Below, piece by piece: positions 29,612 to 32,000 of a stretch of 32,000 nt of DNA. The position numbers were made by a program, and so were the translations under genes. Each line of letters begins with the position of its first letter. Position 1 is the first letter of the stretch. The stretch comes from Thioalkalivibrio paradoxus ARh 1 (lineage in GTDB: Bacteria > Pseudomonadota > Gammaproteobacteria > Ectothiorhodospirales > Ectothiorhodospiraceae): contig NZ_CP007029.1 in the NCBI RefSeq assembly GCF_000227685.2, positions 306,047-338,046 on the forward strand, in the 5' to 3' direction. Under the pieces are notes generated by a model. The model did no database searches, had not been told where the DNA came from, and worked only from the letters and a program-made list of their open reading frames with translations.

Positions 29612-29702
29612 GGTTCCCCCGGTTCCCCCGCCGGGGAACCCTTGGGGAACCGGAAAACCCCAATTAAATCAACGAGGTTCCCCCGGTTCCCCCGGTTCCC
29701 CC
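29612..29702. repeat. Second 9-bp-period repeat cluster (GGTTCCCCC) with inverted copies
   Basis: GGTTCCCCC at 29612, 29621, 29676, 29685, 29694; GGGGAACC at 29633 and 29644. Confidence 0.85.
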
Positions 29703-29812
29703 GGAAAAACATCGACCCCGAGCGTATCCGGACCGGGCTCCGAGGGTTCAGAATTCGCAGCCGGGGCGCGAGGGTCCGCGAGCGCGGCAGGCTGGGTACC
29801 AGGGAAATCGGA

Positions 29813-29832
29813 GGGGTAACAAGAGGGGTAAC
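29813..29832 (+). promoter_or_regulatory. Two GGGGTAAC motifs near the right attachment site
   Basis: 29813-29820 and 29825-29832, 12 bp apart; same motif as upstream of int, with identical 12-bp spacing to the 12420/12432 pair. Confidence 0.5.
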
Positions 29833-29895
29833 AGATTTTCTTGGTCTCTCACAAAGGTATTGTTATCAATGTGTTGCCGTGGGTTTTCGGTGGAG

Positions 29896-29966
29896 TCCCG
29901 GGCCACCATTTCACCTTCCAGCAAGGCCCAAAGAAGTACCCAAGCCGCTGAAAAAGCGGCTTTTTT
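29896..29966 (+). repeat. Right att-like scar: tRNA-Phe 3'-end remnant plus a copy of the downstream terminator
   Basis: TCCCGGGCCACCATTT...CAAAGAAGT-ACCCAAGCCGCTGAAAAAGCGGCTTTTTT parallels 12291-12363 (TCCCTGGCCACCATTT...CAAAGAAGTCACCAAGCCGCTGAAAAAGCGGCTTTTTTT). Confidence 0.8.
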
Positions 29967-30077
29967 GTGCCCTGCAGTATCGCAAGAGGTCTAAAGCGGG
30001 CGTTCGAGTTACCCCGAGTGAGAGGGATAACTTCCGGGGTAATACGTCGACCCGGAAAAGGGGTTAGCCCGCTACAG

Positions 30078-30275
30078 CCACTCACCGACGCCGAAACCCG
30101 CGCTCTGAAGCCCGGGAAGCGCCCGGTCAAACGCTTCGATGAGAATGGGCCGTACCTCGGGGTGCCGCTGTCCGGATCGTTGCGCTGACGGTTCGGCTAC
30201 AAGTCTGCTGGCAAGTCGAAACTCATGAGCCAGGGGACCTTTCCCGATGTCCGCAGCGAAGGCGGCCCGGGGATG
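30078..30275 (+). pseudogene. 5' remnant of a second, related P4-type integrase gene
   Basis: PLTDAETRALKPGKRPVKRFDENGPYLGVPLSGSLR*RFGYKSAGKSKLMSQGTFPDV aligns with the N-terminus of the intact integrase; TGA replaces a Trp codon, no start codon, no downstream body. Confidence 0.9.
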
Positions 30276-30302
30276 AGGCCCACCGCCCCCTCGATCGGCC
30301 CG

Positions 30303-31207
30303 GCTTCAATTCCACCCCGGCGTTTGGCCGGGGATCACGTAAACGCGATGGGGCCGGCGGCGTAGGGGGTGCCGGGCTTCAATTCCACCCCGGCGTTTGG
30401 CCGGGGATCACCTGGTTTTCCTGCGGCGCGGCGTCGGCGGTTGCAACGCTTCAATTCCACCCCGGCGTTTGGCCGGGGATCACCTGATGGCGCTGCTGCC
30501 CACCGCCGCGGCAGCCGCCGGGCTTCAATTCCACCCCGGCGTTTGGCCGGGGATCACCTGCGTGAACACGGCGAGCCGGAACCTGGTGTGGGAGCTTCAA
30601 TTCCACCCCGGCGTTTGGCCGGGGATCACCAGCACGGCTGCACTGTCGATTCCGAGGGCAAGCGCTGGCTTCAATTCCACCCCGGCGTTTGGCCGGGGAT
30701 CACAGCACGTCGCCCGGCACCTCTTCGCCGCGCCCCAGGCTTCAATTCCACCCCGGCGTTTGGCCGGGGATCACGTTCAGCCGGCTGAGCGCCGCGGGCC
30801 AGCTCGCCGGGCTTCAATTCCACCCCGGCGTTTGGCCGGGGATCACGTCGCCCTTGGCCTGCAGCTGCGTCATCGCTTCGGTGCTTCAATTCCACCCCGG
30901 CGTTTGGCCGGGGATCACGCTGTTCGCGCGGGTCCCAATAGCGGAAGTAGCGCTGGCTTCAATTCCACCCCGGCGTTTGGCCGGGGATCACACGATGGCG
31001 CGGACGGGTGCGAAATCTACGCGCTCGGGCTTCAATTCCACCCCGGCGTTTGGCCGGGGATCACATGACCTCGGTGCCGCCCAGGCCTGATGCTTTCTTG
31101 CTTCAATTCCACCCCGGCGTTTGGCCGGGGATCACCACGCCGCCGCGGAGGCGTTCGCGGCCGGTCGCGATGCTTCAATTCCACCCCGGCGTTTGGCCGG
31201 GGATCAC
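30303..31207 (-). CRISPR. CRISPR array: 13 identical 36-nt repeats, 12 spacers of 35-38 nt
   Basis: Repeat (+) GCTTCAATTCCACCCCGGCGTTTGGCCGGGGATCAC, starting at 30303, 30376, 30448, 30522, 30594, 30668, 30739, 30811, 30883, 30956, 31029, 31100, 31172. The reverse complement ends ATTGAAGC (typical 8-nt crRNA handle) with hairpin CCCCGGC-CAAAC-GCCGGGG, so the array probably reads on the minus strand. Confidence 0.99.
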
Positions 31208-31384
31208 AGCCCTCTCGTGGACCCGCGTTGGTGCTGGGCCAGCGACGGCTTTTTCGAGCGCTCGGTCTGTCGCGGCCGTTCTGCGGGTCGTACGCGATCA
31301 GGATACGGCATACAGCACGATGATCTCCATGATTTCTCAGCGAAAACATAGTTGCGAGCGCTCCCCAGGGCTGGCGGCATCACG
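31208..31384 (-). promoter_or_regulatory. Putative CRISPR leader
   Basis: Non-coding gap between the presumed cas operon 3' end and the first minus-strand repeat; relatively AT-rich around 31310-31355. Confidence 0.5.
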
Positions 31385-32000
31385 TCACCGCTCGAAAGCC
31401 GCGAGCAGACCGAGCCCCCAACCCGATCCGGCGCCGAGAACGATCGGTCCCGCGACTGGTTGGTGAAACTCGATCGTCACATAGGACCGCGGGTACTTCT
31501 GCAGGTGCCTGGGCACAAGGAATCGCCCGCGTCCGGCCAGCCCGTGAATGCGTGGGTACGGATGCAGATGGACCGCTCGCACGGACTCCTGCGGGATGCC
31601 CGCGTGTTGCAGCAGGCGGCGGGCCGTGCGTGCGGGGCGTGGCTTGCCGCGGCGGCTGTCGTAGCCGGGGAGAATCACGGGGGTTACCGCCGTCCATGTC
31701 GTCGCCGGCGCCAGGAATCGCCGCAGAACGGAATCCCCTTGTCGTTCCGCGATCGGCAGCAGGACCGCCGAAGCATCTATATCACCCTCGGCCGTGAGTT
31801 CCGAGTGGCCGAGCCGCAGTTGCAGCCCGTGCCAGTGCTCGGCGCTCACCGCCGGGCTGGGCGCCACCAGCACGCGGCGTACCCGGCCGTCGGCCCAGCG
31901 GTGCCCCGCATTCGGTACCGGCAGGATCGCAACCCGGCCGTCGCCTCCGTGGCCCATGAGTTCGGTGATGGCGGCTGCATCGAGCCCCGCCCGCTGCGCG
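31385..32000 (-). CDS. csb2: Type I-G (formerly I-U) CRISPR-associated protein Csb2 / Cas5-Cas6 fusion, GSU0054-like (partial, runs off right edge)
   Basis: AQRAGLDAAAITELMGHGGDGRVAILPVPNAGHRWADGRVRRVLVAPSP...WTAVTPVILPGYDSRRGK...LLQHAGIP...VTIEFHQPVAGPIVLGAGSGWGLGLLAAFER; frame is open to the window edge. Confidence 0.75.
   Translation of the reverse strand, partial: AQRAGLDAAAITELMGHGGDGRVAILPVPNAGHRWADGRVRRVLVAPSPAVSAEHWHGLQLRLGHSELTAEGDIDASAVLLPIAERQGDSVLRRFLAPATTWTAVTPVILPGYDSRRGKPRPARTARRLLQHAGIPQESVRAVHLHPYPRIHGLAGRGRFLVPRHLQKYPRSYVTIEFHQPVAGPIVLGAGSGWGLGLLAAFER

Larger units (their letters stand above)
12294..29911. mobile_element. 17.6-kb tRNA-Phe-inserted integrative element, candidate phage satellite
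   Basis: Starts at the 3' end of tRNA-Phe (GGCCACCATTT, 12297-12307), with the int gene next to it. An identical GGCCACCATTT preceded by a tRNA-like TCCCGGG occurs at 29901-29911. The interior encodes integrase, AlpA-like, helicase/primase, TerS-like and tape-measure-like genes. Confidence 0.8.

Noticed and set aside
29607-29819. ORF with PPVPPPG / GSPGSPGSPG repeats
   Set aside because: Same reason: generated by the GGTTCCCCC repeat, lies after a terminator, no convincing RBS or ordinary protein segment.
12470-29911. Conjugative element (ICE/IME) interpretation
   Set aside because: No relaxase, T4SS or coupling-protein signatures were seen; the helicase lacks a visible relaxase domain, and phage-type genes are present instead.
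31032-31349. Possible Cas2 remnant (minus-strand ILIAYDPQNGRDR)
   Set aside because: Only a short 'IAYD'-like match, out of frame and running into the array; not enough to call a cas2 fragment.
30369-31466. Several long ORFs made of 'ASIPPRRLAGDH' or 'LQFHPGVWPGIT' repeats
   Set aside because: These are translations of the CRISPR repeats and not genes.

Overview
High-GC gammaproteobacterial chromosome; gene content suggests a Thioalkalivibrio/Ectothiorhodospiraceae-like host (inference only). Three parts can be recognised. (1) 1-12.3 kb is ordinary core genome: CPxCG protein (partial), hemW, rdgB, rph, yicC, hsp20, a CbpA/DnaJ-like gene, a Do-family protease, moaE, moaD, moaC, an AsmA-like gene, an SRPBCC-like gene, mutY, yggX and tRNA-Phe(GAA). 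(2) About 12.3-29.9 kb is a 17.6-kb island inserted at the 3' end of tRNA-Phe. It has a tyrosine integrase, an AlpA-like regulator, an SF1 helicase, a Zn-ribbon primase, an SF3/DUF5906-like replicative ATPase, a nuclease-like protein, many small ORFs, an 827-aa tape-measure-like protein with a C-terminal lytic transglycosylase domain, a terminase-small-subunit-like protein, and an unannotated csrA homologue (27988-28167, absent from the ORF track). I see no capsid, portal, large terminase or baseplate gene. The best reading is a candidate phage satellite that brings its own TerS-like and tape-measure-like genes. It also carries two 9-bp-period, partly inverted repeat clusters (GGTGGTCCA at 18 kb and GGTTCCCCC at 29.6 kb), GGGGTAAC motifs at both ends, and a decayed series of copies of a 'GANQYT...KPRGTNS' module at 27.1-27.9 kb. 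(3) 29.9-32 kb holds a tRNA 3'-end-like scar, an integrase remnant with an in-frame TGA, a CRISPR array of 13 identical 36-nt repeats, and the C-terminal part of a probable Csb2 (type I-G, formerly I-U) at the right edge.
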